From the NCBI GenBank assembly GCA_012295275.1, contig CM022665.1, positions 47,368,001 through 47,432,000 on the forward strand: 64,000 bases of DNA. The letters run 5' to 3'. Positions within the stretch are counted from its first letter, which is position 1; each line of letters starts with the position of its first letter. The notes under the pieces are model-generated. The model searched no databases. It had not been told where the DNA came from and worked only from the letters and a program-made list of their open reading frames with translations. A program made the position numbers and the translations under genes. Below are positions 1 to 46,925 of this stretch, piece after piece. The stretch is from Chrysomallon squamiferum. Lineage: Eukaryota; Animalia; Mollusca.

Positions 1-1491
1 CCGAGACCTAAGGAAGGTTCTTTAACCACACACCTGCAACTGCAAAGACAAGGTTTTCAAAACTGAACCGATTTCATGTTTGCAATCGACGTCGAACGTC
101 TGCCGAACGTACGGCAGAGAACTGTTAAAAGATCGGATACCCCATTCACTGTCAGAGCTGAATGTCGGCTAATTCGAACTGTCAGGTTGCTTATTGTCCG
201 CGATGCCTCCAGGTACCGAGTAGTTATCTTCGAAATGAGTTTCCGTTAAGTTTGCGGAACCGTTTCTCCTTTCTGAATTACGATGACAGGTTTAATAGCC
301 GGCGGTGCACAAATTGACGTATCACGACAGAGACGGCCAGGTTCCCCCCCCCCCCCCGCACACAAGTCAGCCAGGCAGACACAGAGATGGGGAGTGACGT
401 ACTTGAATGCTGGAAAGCGACCAGATGAAAATTTGTTGAGGAAAATAAACTGGTGCTTCTTACAGAACTGATCGTTTTCTGGGTTTTTTTCTTCTTCTTT
501 TCTTTTCTTTTTTTTTTTTTTTTTTTTTTTTTAGCTTTTTTCTTTATTAATCTCCTTCAATCTATCCATTTCTCAGGGTGACATTTTCTTTTACTCCCGC
601 CTTAGTCTTGTAGTTATCTACCTTTTTTTTTTTTTTTTTAAACTTATCATTTCGTGTGTGTGTGTGTAATGTTTATTTATTTATTTATATCAGGGATATA
701 TATATATATATATTATTATTATTATTTTTATTTTTTTTTTTTTTAAACGACTTTCTTTTTTAAATAGTTCATGGATAGGTAAATGATGTAACGCCATACA
801 GAGGACATTCTATAACAGTACTAACAAACAACTGTATGAATATGACTGACCGACTGTCAGTATTATTTAACATACAATTTTAATGACGATATAATCTATT
901 CATTTTTCATTATTTCCTACCAGTACTACTACTTTTATTACTTCGTTTTATTCTTCATATTTTTACTGTTATTATTATTACTGACTACAAACTAATTATA
1001 AATATCTACAGGCATCTGATAATTAGGTTTCAACAAACGTTGCTTGTTGTGGTTACTGCGTCCTCCAGATAAAACAGATATTTACGTCGAAGTGGGATAT
1101 ACGTGCCTGTGCGCACGTACACTGAATGACACACGTAATTCGTCTTTAAATATATCCAGTCATAATTTGATTTTATCAATTTATTATCAGTTTTCAACAG
1201 TTATTATGATTATGATTATGATTATTGTTATTATGATGATGATGATGATGATGATGATTATTATTATTATTAGTAGTAGTAGTATTATTAAGCGGTTTCG
1301 AAAGTAATACAGTATGCAGACGGCAACTATGTGACGTCACGGTTATTTTAATAAGATTGGATGATTGACAGGTCACGCCTCCTTAGTATAATAAATAAAT
1401 AAATAAATAAATAAAAATGCAGCTACCAGCCGAATCAGAAAAAAAAAAAAAGTATGAGACGAAATGAATTCGTTTTCCAGCGGCTGCATTT

Positions 1492-1524
<33 letters not shown>

Positions 1525-2194
1525 TTATTGAGTAATGATTAAAGATAAAAATTACGAATCTGATTAGCATAAATAATAAAATTTAATAAGTTCGGTTGTT
1601 TTTTGTTACTGTGAGTCACAAGATACAGCTTTTAAAAGTTCGATTAAAGGACACCGTACGTGCATGTGTACGTAATTGCATCCTAAATACAGACTTGAAT
1701 AGAAATGTATGCTTTCAAGTGACTGTTAGCTTCAGGTTAACTTAAATAAACAATCTTAAGTGATTTGAATTATGTCTTCCGTAAAAAAAATATAAATAAA
1801 TATAAATAAATAAATATTTTAATTCCTTTTGTTATTTTTTACGAAAACTTAAAAACTATCGCTAGACTATAATAATAATAATATATTATAAATACACCCC
1901 CCCACACACACACTCCCTCTGCTGACATTAGTTCTGACTAATCTGTTGTTAGGACTGGTTGAGAACTTCTAAAGTTTTAACCCGTTAGGAACAAGATGTT
2001 TTTGACATTAATTCGTCTGTTTTCTTCTCCGGAATTTAATAATGTCGGGTTCATGTTACCAGTGAAATGTAGTCTCGATCTTTCTGGTTATCACAGGCGC
2101 CACCTGGATCAGTCGATCGCCTCCACAGTGAAAACAACAGCGTTGTCAGCATTTATACATACATTATATATATATATATATGTATGTATGTATG

Positions 2195-2251
<57 letters not shown>

Positions 2252-3296
2252 ATGGTTTGAACGATAATTATGTTATTTTTTTTAATTATCCTGAGTTTTG
2301 TTCTTCGGCAAAACCAGTCCTTAAAAAAAAAAAAAAAATAATAAATAATTATGGTTTTAGGGGTATCGTAGTTAAAAAAAAAATATATATATATTAAAAT
2401 TACAATTAAAGGAATCTACGTTTTGGTGGCGTAGTCATGGAAACGACTACGTCACATAGCAAGACGACAAATTTACAAAAAAAAAAAAAAATAAAAAAAA
2501 AAATGCTGACTACAAATTGTTACAAGTTTGTTCAGACTAGTCTATGACGTGTACAGTAATTAATAACGGCATCGTCTTTGTTACGTTTTGTAAGTCGTTA
2601 TGGCAGACGATAACGGCCATGGTGTCAGTTTCTATAGACGGGGTGGGACGGGGTACTAAGCGACTGAACTTTGTTTGCTCCCATTACGTGGATACAAGTG
2701 AGCCTTTTGTGTCGGGAGGATAAAAACACTGAACAGAAGAAGTAAATATTTATTATTACAGATGAATCCACTGAACAGATATCCCATTTGTAGTGAACGG
2801 TGGATGATAACTATGTATGTAGGCTAATAATGTAAAAGATATGATCTGGAAGAGCTAGACAGGTGTATTTGTTTGTATGTTGTTCGGAACTGTAAAGAGT
2901 AAAACAGAAAAACAAATCAGCAGACGTAGATACGTATCATAACCAGTTTAGTCCGGTTCGTTTGAAAACTGATACACTTACTAGTTACATCTTAGTGTCT
3001 GTTTGTCTGTCTGCTTATTATTATTATTTTATTTTTTTCATTTCATATAACCACTTTAAACGGCTTGAAAACTAATAATGCATATTCATCAGTTACACTT
3101 TACCTCACTCTTTTGATTGTCTGTCTGTCTGTTTGATTATTTATGTATTACTTTCTTTTATTTATTTATTTATTTATTTATCATTTCAGTTAATTTATGT
3201 ATTTAGTCAACACTGTTATCGTTATTATCATCACCACCATCATCATTATTATTATTATTTGAATTTTTATGAATCAATATCATGCATTAAGAAAAT

Positions 3297-3337
<41 letters not shown>

Positions 3338-3632
3338 CATGTCTGTCGCGTATGACGCAATATCTTCATAATTTACATAATACTGTATAACTTTCCTTAC
3401 ACTGCTGTATGTGACCTTCCCCGTTTCTGACACATATTGTATTTCAATTCTTCTTTTTTATTATTTATTTCTCTTTTTTTCTTTTATTTTTTTATTATTA
3501 TTATTTTTTTAAAGTAATAATTAATTAAACATTTACTTTTATTAGTAAGTTAACCTGATAATCAAAAGTCTTTTGAACCAAATCGACAATACACTGTCGC
3601 TTTTAGATAAAGGATTTCATTATTATTATTAT

Positions 3633-3665
<33 letters not shown>

Positions 3666-4663
3666 TAATAATTAAAGTTTTACTTTTATTTGTAAATTAA
3701 CCCGATTTCCTCAGAATATAATTAAAAGTCTTTTGAACCAAATCGACGATGAACTCTATTTTAGATAAAGGATATCAGTTCTTTTATCTGTTAAATTAAA
3801 CCATTACGTCATTATAATTATCATAACAAAGCAATAAAAATAGTGCATCTCTCACTACTGAACATTGTACTGGCCATCCCTTAATCAAATAAAAAACAGT
3901 TAAAAATTAATTTTTAATCCCCGCGCACCACCAGACATACATGCATTTACAACGTCACCTTCCGCGACATAAACTAGTTCTCTTTTCTAAGTTAATTCTC
4001 TCTGTCGGCCAACAGAATTTAACATGACGTCACAACGCAATAATTACCTCGCTAATTCCAGCGAAGTATTCGAGGAAAACAAACGAAATCAGGCACATTT
4101 CCAAGACATTATAGCCGAAGAAAGGCAGTCGGTTGTTGCGACCAGCTATCAGTTGTCCCTAATCGAGCCATCCCCCCCCCTTTCTGACTCCTCCCTCCCG
4201 CTCCAGAAAACGAGGAGACTGTCGAGTAATCTTAGGAATGCGGAGAGCGCGACTGAAACAGCAAGCTGCGATCCGCCGTCCAGATAGGAGTAATTTACAT
4301 AAAAATAATAACGTCGAAATGAATTGTGCGTATTTATGAAAGATCGATGAAAGTAAGTGAAAGCAATTACGGATACGAATGCAAGATAACGTAATAAAAG
4401 TAGTAAGTTGAATTAACTGATGCAGATTTCTAGCGGAAACGTTAATCGATTGAGTCGCTGCCGATTTAACGGGAACAAAAGTGCTTTGTAAAACAAAATT
4501 AGACTGATTTAACTGCCTAAGAAATAATTTCATATAAACAGTATATATATATATATATATGGATGAATAAATTGGCTGCTGTTTTCATCACGTTACAATC
4601 CACTGAACAGAGAGAGAGAGAGAGAAGACAGAGAAAGATATTTTACAGAATACATTTTTATAT

Positions 4664-4709
<46 letters not shown>

Positions 4710-4949
4710 AATTAGAAATTTAATGTTGTTGTTGTGCTGCTACTGCTAATGTTGTCTATTTTAAATTAGAAGAAATTAACCGATTAAAAACTAACAAAAA
4801 CACGAATGAATGAATGAATGTTTAACGACATCCTAGCACAAAAAAAAAAAATGGATACTCTTCTTGGTGTCAAGCAAAGTTATATGTAACAAAATGGTGA
4901 ATATTTTCTATATAAAATTTCAAAGTTCAACTATATATATATCTAAATT

Positions 4950-4984
<35 letters not shown>

Positions 4985-5930
4985 ATAATAATAATAATAA
5001 TAATAATAGTGATAATTCAATACCGATGAAAAAAAATTGAACCGATGTTACCAACTCGTTACAGTCCACTGATTTTGATATGTACAGACGTATATATTTA
5101 CACACGTACATACAAATAGATGTACAATTGCTGGCGTACTCATACATACATCAATTCGGAGATTAATTCATTCATATAGACATAAATACATGTATACACA
5201 GTCGCATTTGAAAGACTTGTAATTAATATACATTTATGTAACTTCGTGCAGCTGCATGTGTTGGTGTACTTAATGGGCAAATGGTGCAGTTTGAAATATT
5301 TGCGTGTGACCGTGCGTGCACGTGTGTTGAGTCAGCTTTATTTTGTCTATCGGCCGTCATCTTAGAATTTTATTAACTCCGTCTATATTAAGTTTATTGA
5401 AAATAAAATAAAATAAAATAAAATAAAATAAACAAAATAAAATAAAATAAAGAAAGAAAGAAAGAAATTACAATTTATTTATTTATTATTTTTATTATTA
5501 TTTATTTTATTTTATTTTATTTTATTTTACTTTATAATAAATAAAATAAAATAATAAATAAAAAATTTAATTTAATAATAAAATAAAATAAAATAAATTT
5601 TATTTCCGGCAAATTAAACGGAAGATTCACAGTTATAAAATATTACTTTACACTGAGCTGCAAGTTAAACAGTTTGTTATAATGACATTACTCTATGCCT
5701 GGTTACCGTGATGCAAGTGACAGCTGACTGTTGTTATTACGTCATCGTCATGGTGTCGGTGTTTACGTTCACAGGTCAGGTTCACCAAGAACACGCCCAC
5801 TTTGTTACGTAATTATAAATATAGATATAAGCACTTCACCGTTTTATCTCTCAACAGGGCCAGTTCCAGAAAATTGTCTGGGTTCATAATCGACAACAGC
5901 AGAAATAGCAACAGAAACCTGGTTATGATG

Positions 5931-5988
<58 letters not shown>

Positions 5989-6300
5989 TGATGATGATGA
6001 TGATGATAATAATAATAATAATTTAAGCAGCTCGTTAGCGTCTTGAAATCCCCGAACTGTCCTTTCTAACGAAACTGCCATCACCCCTCTGTGGAACTCT
6101 GTGGGACCGACCCTGTCTGTGTGTCACTATTCTGAAATAGACGTGTCTGTATCGTTATTACGTAAACTTTTTCTTGTCAGTAATATTCAGTATCAGTTGA
6201 TGCGTTTAATACATGGACAAAAATAAACGTACCTGTTCCCACGCATCTATATAGTTATATTTCAGATGAATTTATTAATTAATAACCAGTAGTGATAATT

Positions 6301-6366
<66 letters not shown>

Positions 6367-6435
6367 TAACAATTTAATATTAATGATTACTGGATGGAAA
6401 ACATAAAGATTTTGCATAATATATAAGATATATAT

Positions 6436-6525
<90 letters not shown>

Positions 6526-6733
6526 TCTTATTATTATTCATCATGCGATCGTGTAATAATGATGTATCATCACATAAACAGGGAAGTACGTACCACGAGG
6601 TTACGTTAGGCAGTTGTGTAGAAATAGTCTGTAAAGACTAATTATTCCAGTGGATCAGGTTTATAGTGGAAACGCTTTGTATTATGTGTATTATCATTCT
6701 TCTTTCTTCTTCTTCTTCTTACTATTATTATTA

Positions 6734-6772
<39 letters not shown>

Positions 6773-6959
6773 TTTGTTGTTGTTATTATTATTATTACAT
6801 TATCATTATTACTAATGTTGGTGTTGTTGTTGTTGCTGCTGCTACTGCTTCATTTTAGATTAAAAGCCATTAATCGATTAAAAACCAGCAATAATACGTA
6901 CACAACCATAACTCATAGTATGTGTGTGTGTGTGTGTATATATATATATTTTTTTTTTT

Positions 6960-7015
<56 letters not shown>

Positions 7016-7294
7016 GAGAGAGAGAGAGAGAGAGAGATTAGCGAAAACAAAATTAATAAATGCTTCTATGGTAATATTATATTCATTTAATTAATTCGAG
7101 ATAACAAAAATGATGTAAATGTCAGCAATGTCAAAGAGCCAACCATTAAGTTTATTAGTGTGGTTAATTATAGCTTCGCACGCATCTTTCAGGTACGATG
7201 TTTCATTAATACCATCTAAATAAATCGATGAGTAAATCAATAGAGCTGATGTCAGGTGAGCATGAATGAAGTAAATTAATGAGCATGAGAAATG

Positions 7295-7369
<75 letters not shown>

Positions 7370-7638
7370 ACTAGAAATAAACCTCGAACAAAATCTTTGA
7401 TGATCAGTTTGTTGGTTACATGCTGTAAACAGTCGCGGTGTTGATGTGCGGCGGGCATGTTACCTTGGTTATTCTGACACAAGAAGTGGGTTAGATATGA
7501 GATTTATGACGTATGAACTATTTACCTTCAAAGGAAATGTTTCTCCTTTCAACAGGTTCTGAGCTGTCGAACGAAAACTGCTGTGTCATGTACGAGCAAA
7601 AGTAGATAACCCGGCAAAAAAAAAAAAAAAAAAATGTG

Positions 7639-7694
<56 letters not shown>

Positions 7695-7899
7695 TGAAGG
7701 CAACAATAAGTAAATAAATAAGGCAGACGTTCGGAATGAATAGTAATTATATAAATGTATTCTGTAAAATCTTTCTCTGTTTTCTACACACACACACACA
7801 CATCCACATACATAAACACACACCTTCTCCTATTACAACATCTTGTCGAATCGGAAAATGTTTTTCTTCATCAGCAAAACGTTGCCTTCGTTCTAGGTC

Positions 7900-8010
7900 A
7901 AGTTATAAAAACAGGTAACACAAACGTGCAGTGATTGGTCTAGCCCGGAGGTGTGTCCTTCGTGGCAAAGGTCACCGGAACATGCGCAGTATTCAATCTG
8001 GAGTGTGGAA
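7900..8010 (+). promoter_or_regulatory. Probable proximal promoter of the long Sestrin isoform
   Basis: CpG-retaining stretch about 350-450 bp upstream of the ATG, with reverse CCAAT (ATTGG, 7934-7938), AACGTG, AGGTCA, ETS-like CCGGAA and NRF1-like CATGCGCA motifs. TSS not determined. Confidence 0.55.
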
Positions 8011-8349
8011 AGAATGGAAATCGACTGAAATAAAATTGAATGCGATTTTGTAGTTGAATTAAATTATTCCTGCTTTCAGTATTCACAGACAATCGTTGTT
8101 CTGCAAAAGCTGTTAAAATGTAGTATCTAGTAATTGAGACGAATTTTCGTAATTTTTGTATTCGGTCCTACGTGCGAAATCTCGCTAACGAACTCGGGGC
8201 TCGACCAAATCAGCTGATCTGTGGTTAAAACCGACAAGGACGTCTCGAGAGAAAGCCCGTTCGGCTGTTTAGCTCTGTACTTCGTCGTTTTTTTGTATGA
8301 ACAGTGGCGCAAGACTACAGTCACGAGTTCGAAACCACAACACTGCTGA

Positions 8350-41010
<32,661 letters not shown>

Positions 41011-41430
41011 CCGTTCAGCTGTGACCGATACTAAACTGTGATTGGACGACCCATGAGAACCAGTGCTGGTTCTGAGGCTGTGCTTTGTTTACCTTTCAGA
41101 GGTCTGACTTTGTTCTGTGATATCAGTGTGACCTGCTGCCTTCTCGCAGCGTGCAAAACTGTGTGTCATGTACATTGTTTTTTTAAGTGTGTGTGCGTGT
41201 GCATGTGTGTGTGTACGAGTGAGACAGGTTGACGTTCTACTTTGGGAAGTGTGAACTGCAGTAAGTGAAAAAACAAAAAACAAAAAAAACAACAAATGTG
41301 GGACTGTTGAAATGGAGTGAAGAACAAATGGACAACAACTGACCGATCAAGTGCTTGTGGAGTGGAGACACTGCAGAAAGACTGGTTTATTTTCTCAGTG
41401 TGTAAACACTTCTGTGGTGTGTGTTCTGTG

Positions 41431-41493
<63 letters not shown>

Positions 41494-43240
41494 AATCCAC
41501 GGTGGTATCGTCTTTCATTCAAGAGTTTTGTCATCTCTGTACAACACCGAGAGACAAGGATATTTTATACATGCATTGAAAAAACAACAAAAAAAAAACA
41601 TTAAAAAGAAGAAAGAAAATTGACCCAAAGAACTGGACATTATTCTGGTCAGCAGTTTTTAAACTCGCTGCTTCATCACCAGGTAGTGAGTGTTTGTAGT
41701 ATTTTATAGTTTTTAATCTTGTTTCCCAGCCTGTGCAGGCTAGATGTTTTTGATAGTCATGTGTTCAGCGAATCATTGTAGGTGATCTCCAGATATCAAA
41801 CTAGTAGTTTTCTGATCAATCACAGAAAAATTCATTTTTTTTTTTATGTTCAGACCCTTGATCTTTGTACTTTTATTTATTTCTATTATTATTGACTTTT
41901 TTTTTGTTTTTGTTTTTTTTGTTTGTAGAAACATCGATTCCTGAAAAAAAAAGAAGTTATTTTCATTTCAAGACCCTATGTGTTATTTAATCATTCTCAT
42001 CTTTTGTTGTAGAAACATTGATCACTATTAGAGTGTGTGTAATAATAACAACAACAAGTTTGCCTACTACAAGTGTACATTTGTGTAAATATCACCATTC
42101 CATCCTTCCACTGACAAAGTGTCATTTTAAATTATTTATATATACGGAGCAGGAGGTTACAAAAAAAAAAAAAAACTAGTCGAAAACGTTTTGAGGTGCA
42201 CTCCTGTATTTATTTTATTCATGTCTAGTGCTTTCACACACACAGAGAAGATTGGTTTTAAAAGTGGTATTTTTCTAAAGTTAAAGCAGTTAGTCAGTAA
42301 ATGTTTTTAGACCAGCAGTTAGACTGACTCTCTGAGCTGTCAAGTTGTAGCTAGTTTAAAGAGTAATAAAAATACATCACGTTCTTTACTCATAGTATTG
42401 TAACCAGTCTTGAGCTGAAATCAGGTTTCCTGGAATTTCATAGTAACACGATTTCTAATTTAGGAGAAAAAAGTCTGTTATAGATGCAGTTTAAAATCTA
42501 CAATATTTTCCATTACAGATCTGTATTTACCAACATCATAGAAAACTGAAATCTTTGAAAATTAATTTTCTTCTTTCTGAGACATTTTATGGTATATATA
42601 TATATCTGTTAAATGATCACAGCATTTTGAATTATTATGTCAGGGAACATAGAAGTTAGAAACTGTTTAGATATAGATTTATAGCTTTTAATACTGGAAT
42701 TTTTATATGGCTAACAAATCTTAGACAAGTCTGATAACGTTTTTTTTTTGTATTTGTTACAGAACTTGATAAGTTAGAGAACTGTGAATTTAAATATAGC
42801 ATCTAATCTTGTTTAGATATTTCATATTTTTTAATAATATTCTGTAAGATAAAGTATTTAAAATGCTGCATGTTGTAAATGATATTGTATTTATTTTTTT
42901 AGTGTGCATATATTTATTTTCATTTTCAACTCACTGAAGCTGCAAATATAAAAGGTGGTGCATGTGTGTGTATATATATATATGTAAATTTGAGTTCAGT
43001 AATCAAAGATCTCTTTACTGAATTTCAGTGGAAGGTGAAAAAATGTTAGACATCAGGTTTTTGTGAGAATATTTTAGACTTTTGTAAATTACTGTTATAA
43101 TAACAAAATAATTTAATTTTTGTTTTTTTGTTAACATATTTATTAGTTTATATTCAGTATGATATTGAACCTTACCATTCTGAGGTTCTGTATTTGTTAT
43201 TCTTATTATTATATTAATATTTTTAAATTTATTATTAAAA

Positions 43241-43290
<50 letters not shown>

Positions 43291-43844
43291 CATTATTAAT
43301 GACTTGTAAAATATATTTATCACTAAAACCTGATGACTTGTTTTTTCAAAAAATTAAAAAAAAATAAAAATTAAAAATTAAAAAAAAAAACCAGCATGTT
43401 TGTGATATGTTTAAATAAAAACCACCAGCATTTGACAAATCGTCTTGTAAAACAATCAAGTAGACTAAAACTGTATGTGATGATGATCAAAGTGTTGTAC
43501 AGCTGATTCAGTTTTCATTGTCAACACTCAAGTATTACACAGGCTGTAACCATGTTCAGTGATTCCAGCAGTCAAAAATTGTTTAACAAATATACATTTT
43601 TTTCTTCAGTAGCTAATAATAATAATAATGTGTGTGTTATGCAGTGGTGTTTTTATAACATCATTTAAACTAATATGCCTTGATGTTTGTGTATCTTCTC
43701 GTTGTTTCTCTTCACAGATGCATACTTTTCATTTATTTTTTTAGACTTAATTTTCGAAACATTAATTATATATATGTATATATATATTTATATATTTATA
43801 TGTATATGTGTATATATATATATATACGTATATATATATATATG

Positions 43845-43876
<32 letters not shown>

Positions 43877-44231
43877 TATATATATGTATGTAAATAAAAT
43901 AAATTCTCTGCAAATGGTATTTTTAAAAATCTAATAATGAAATACTGGTGATAGAAAAAACATAAATAGAATTATATTTTTGTTAGCATTTAAATAAATG
44001 TGTTGATCATCAAGTTGTATATATATTTTATAAGAAACTATTATTTGAATTGATAGAATAAAAATAATAAATGTCAAGAATTATTACACATTTTGCAGTT
44101 TTGAAATTTAGTTAATGTTAAATGGTTTGAAATTTTGTTTTATTATTTTCATATTAAAAAACAATATCTACAAGTTTATCAGATACGTTAGTTTAAAAAT
44201 TAATATTTATTCTTGTTTTTGAATTCTTTCT

Positions 44232-44289
<58 letters not shown>

Positions 44290-44497
44290 GTTAATTTTAT
44301 TTTCATAACATCAGTGATGCATTTTCACATGTTGCAAAAACCAGTTAAGTCAACATTAAGAAAATATATAATATTATTTAAACATAAAAAAACCAGTAGA
44401 TTTGACTGATACTTCAGATAAAAAAACAGCAAAAATACTATACATATATATATATAAAATTAAAAACAATATATTAAACAATTTCTGTTACTTTGTC

Positions 44498-44528
<31 letters not shown>

Positions 44529-45349
44529 GTTTCTTGTTTTTTTTTTTTTTCCTGTTAATTTAAGTGTTACTGTAAATTTATAATTTTCATGTAATTGTTG
44601 TACATTTTTAAGTTAACTGATAGGATTTTTTCTCATGACATATTTTGTGTTTAACAACTGTAAAAACAGGTTTTTCTAAACTGTGGGCATTATTCATTCC
44701 TGCTGTCTTTCTGTTTTGTTTTGTTTTGTTTTTTATTTTTTTTATTTAAAGGAATGTTTGTTATGTGAATGTTTTAATAACAATTTGTAATTTAAAAAAA
44801 AAATAAGTTTACCACTATTAATATTCATTGCTAATTGTAGGTAGCACATGTGTACTGATGAATTTTTTTTTTTTTTTTTTTTTTTAATGAATGAAAAAAA
44901 CAAGTTAGCTTGTTCTTGAGGCATTATCATGATTATGAGATTGGCATTAGTAACAATTAACTGAAAACAAGAGTAAGTGAAAACAAAACAATGATAATTC
45001 TTAGGGTTGTTTGTTTTTTTAATTTGTAAATTTTTTTTTTATTATTATTATTATTATTTTTATTTTTTTTTATTTTTATTTTTTTTTCCTGTGAAATTAT
45101 CACACACATTTGCCATGACATTATGTCACTATTATATCTCTTGCTAATATTAATTTACTAAACAGAATAGTTCAGCTCAGAACTAAAAGCTGTATAAATG
45201 TGATTTTAAATCTGGCACATTTGTTTTCTGTCACTAAAGGTTCAAGCATGGTTTCTTGGCCAATGTCACCAATTTTCTCAAGATAGGGTTAAAGTTTTAC
45301 AAACATGCTTCTAAATACACTGATCATTTCTTGCATTGAAATAAATAAG

Positions 45350-45607
45350 CCATTTTATATAATTAGAGGGATAAGTACCCATTCTATATCATTTAATTGA
45401 TATAAATATCTATTTTATATCATTTAATTGATTTAAGTATCTATTTTATATCATTTAATATTGATATAAGTATCCATTTTATTTCATTTAATTGATATAA
45501 ATATCTATTTTATATCATTTAACTGATATAAGTATCTGTTTTATGTCATTTGACTGATACAAGTGTCTGTTTTATATGATAAACTGGTATAAATAATCAT
45601 TTTATAT
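45350..45607. repeat. Minisatellite, ~31 bp unit (ttttatatcatttaattgatataagtatcta)
   Basis: About 8 copies. Confidence 0.85.
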
Positions 45608-46841
45608 TGCACTGTTTTACCCCATATTTGATAAGTGTTAATTTTTAACATATATTGAATTGTTAATTGTTAAAGAAAATTTAGTTTTCTAGCTGTTGAG
45701 TGAAAGAATTCAAGTCAGGCTACAATTCTCAGATCTATGCCAAGTGTATATAAATAAACATTTAATTTTTTTTTTTTTTTTTTTGGACCTTTTTTTGTTT
45801 TTTTTACTAACTTGCAAGGACAGATTTTTAAGTTACAAGAACAAGTCAGGTTTTTAGAACTTACTAATTAAAACACTGCAATAATAAATAAATTCATAAA
45901 TATTTTTTAAAAAATGGTATAAAATAGTTAAAAATGTGAAATAAGAATTGGTGCATTTATGAAATTATTTTATATGTGAAATCCTAGAAAATAAAATTTC
46001 TAAAAAAAAAACAATATAAATAAAAAAATTAACCTACTTTAATGAGTGGATAATGAAAAAGCACTTACTATTGTGAATTTTATTTTTATTATCATCAGAA
46101 TTGCCAAAATTATTATTATGATCTTTATCATCATCATCATCATTATTATTATTATTGTTATTATTATTATTATTATTTTTTTTTTTTTTATTATTATTAT
46201 TATTAATTTTATTAAAACAGTTTTCAGTGTAAATTTAAATGTCTGACTTGTAGAGGTTTACAAGTCTGTTGTGGTATTTTGCTTTGTGGTTACTCATCTT
46301 GCCATTTTACACAGTGTGTGATACTGATGGGCTCAGCAAGTTCATCAGCTGGTATCTGGTTCAAAGCTTGGCAACAGCAATCAGTCATTAAGTCAAAAAA
46401 ATAAAAAAAAAAAAAAATATGCATCAGAGAACTGAAGCTTTCAAGTAATCATATTTATCAGGAAAAGGTAACTGGGATTGGGATACATTGACTGGAATGG
46501 CTGTAAAATATTAGTGTAATAAAAATACATTATCATTTGTTCTTTGCTAACAGATTTTGAAAATAGTAAATATTAAATAACTTTGAGACCAGATGACATT
46601 GTAAAGCTTGCTGTAATTTTTTTTTTTTTTTTTTTTTTTTTTTCTGAAAGGTGCTATGAGTAATGTTGGCTTCAAAAAAAATGTATTTTAGTAATAAACT
46701 TTCAATATTTGTTATATTTTGTTCTAAGACTCATACCATTTTTATAATATTCTGCCATTTTCACACATTGAGAAAGGTTTGGAGTGTACAATCAAATTTG
46801 AGAATTAATGCTTGTGTAGTTTGTGTCTAGGAGTTTTTACA

Positions 46842-46925
<84 letters not shown>

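Noticed and set aside
1-470. CpG-rich block with a 62-aa ORF at the window start
   Set aside because: Truncated context and no recognisable product; cannot be assigned as exon, promoter or repeat from this window.
4024-4533. 87-aa (+) and 124-aa (-) ORFs in the upstream CpG island
   Set aside because: No recognisable domain; open frames are expected in locally GC-richer sequence.
7453-7462. p53-like decamer GGGCATGTTA upstream of the promoter
   Set aside because: Only one imperfect half-site with no adjacent second decamer, despite p53 being a known sestrin regulator.
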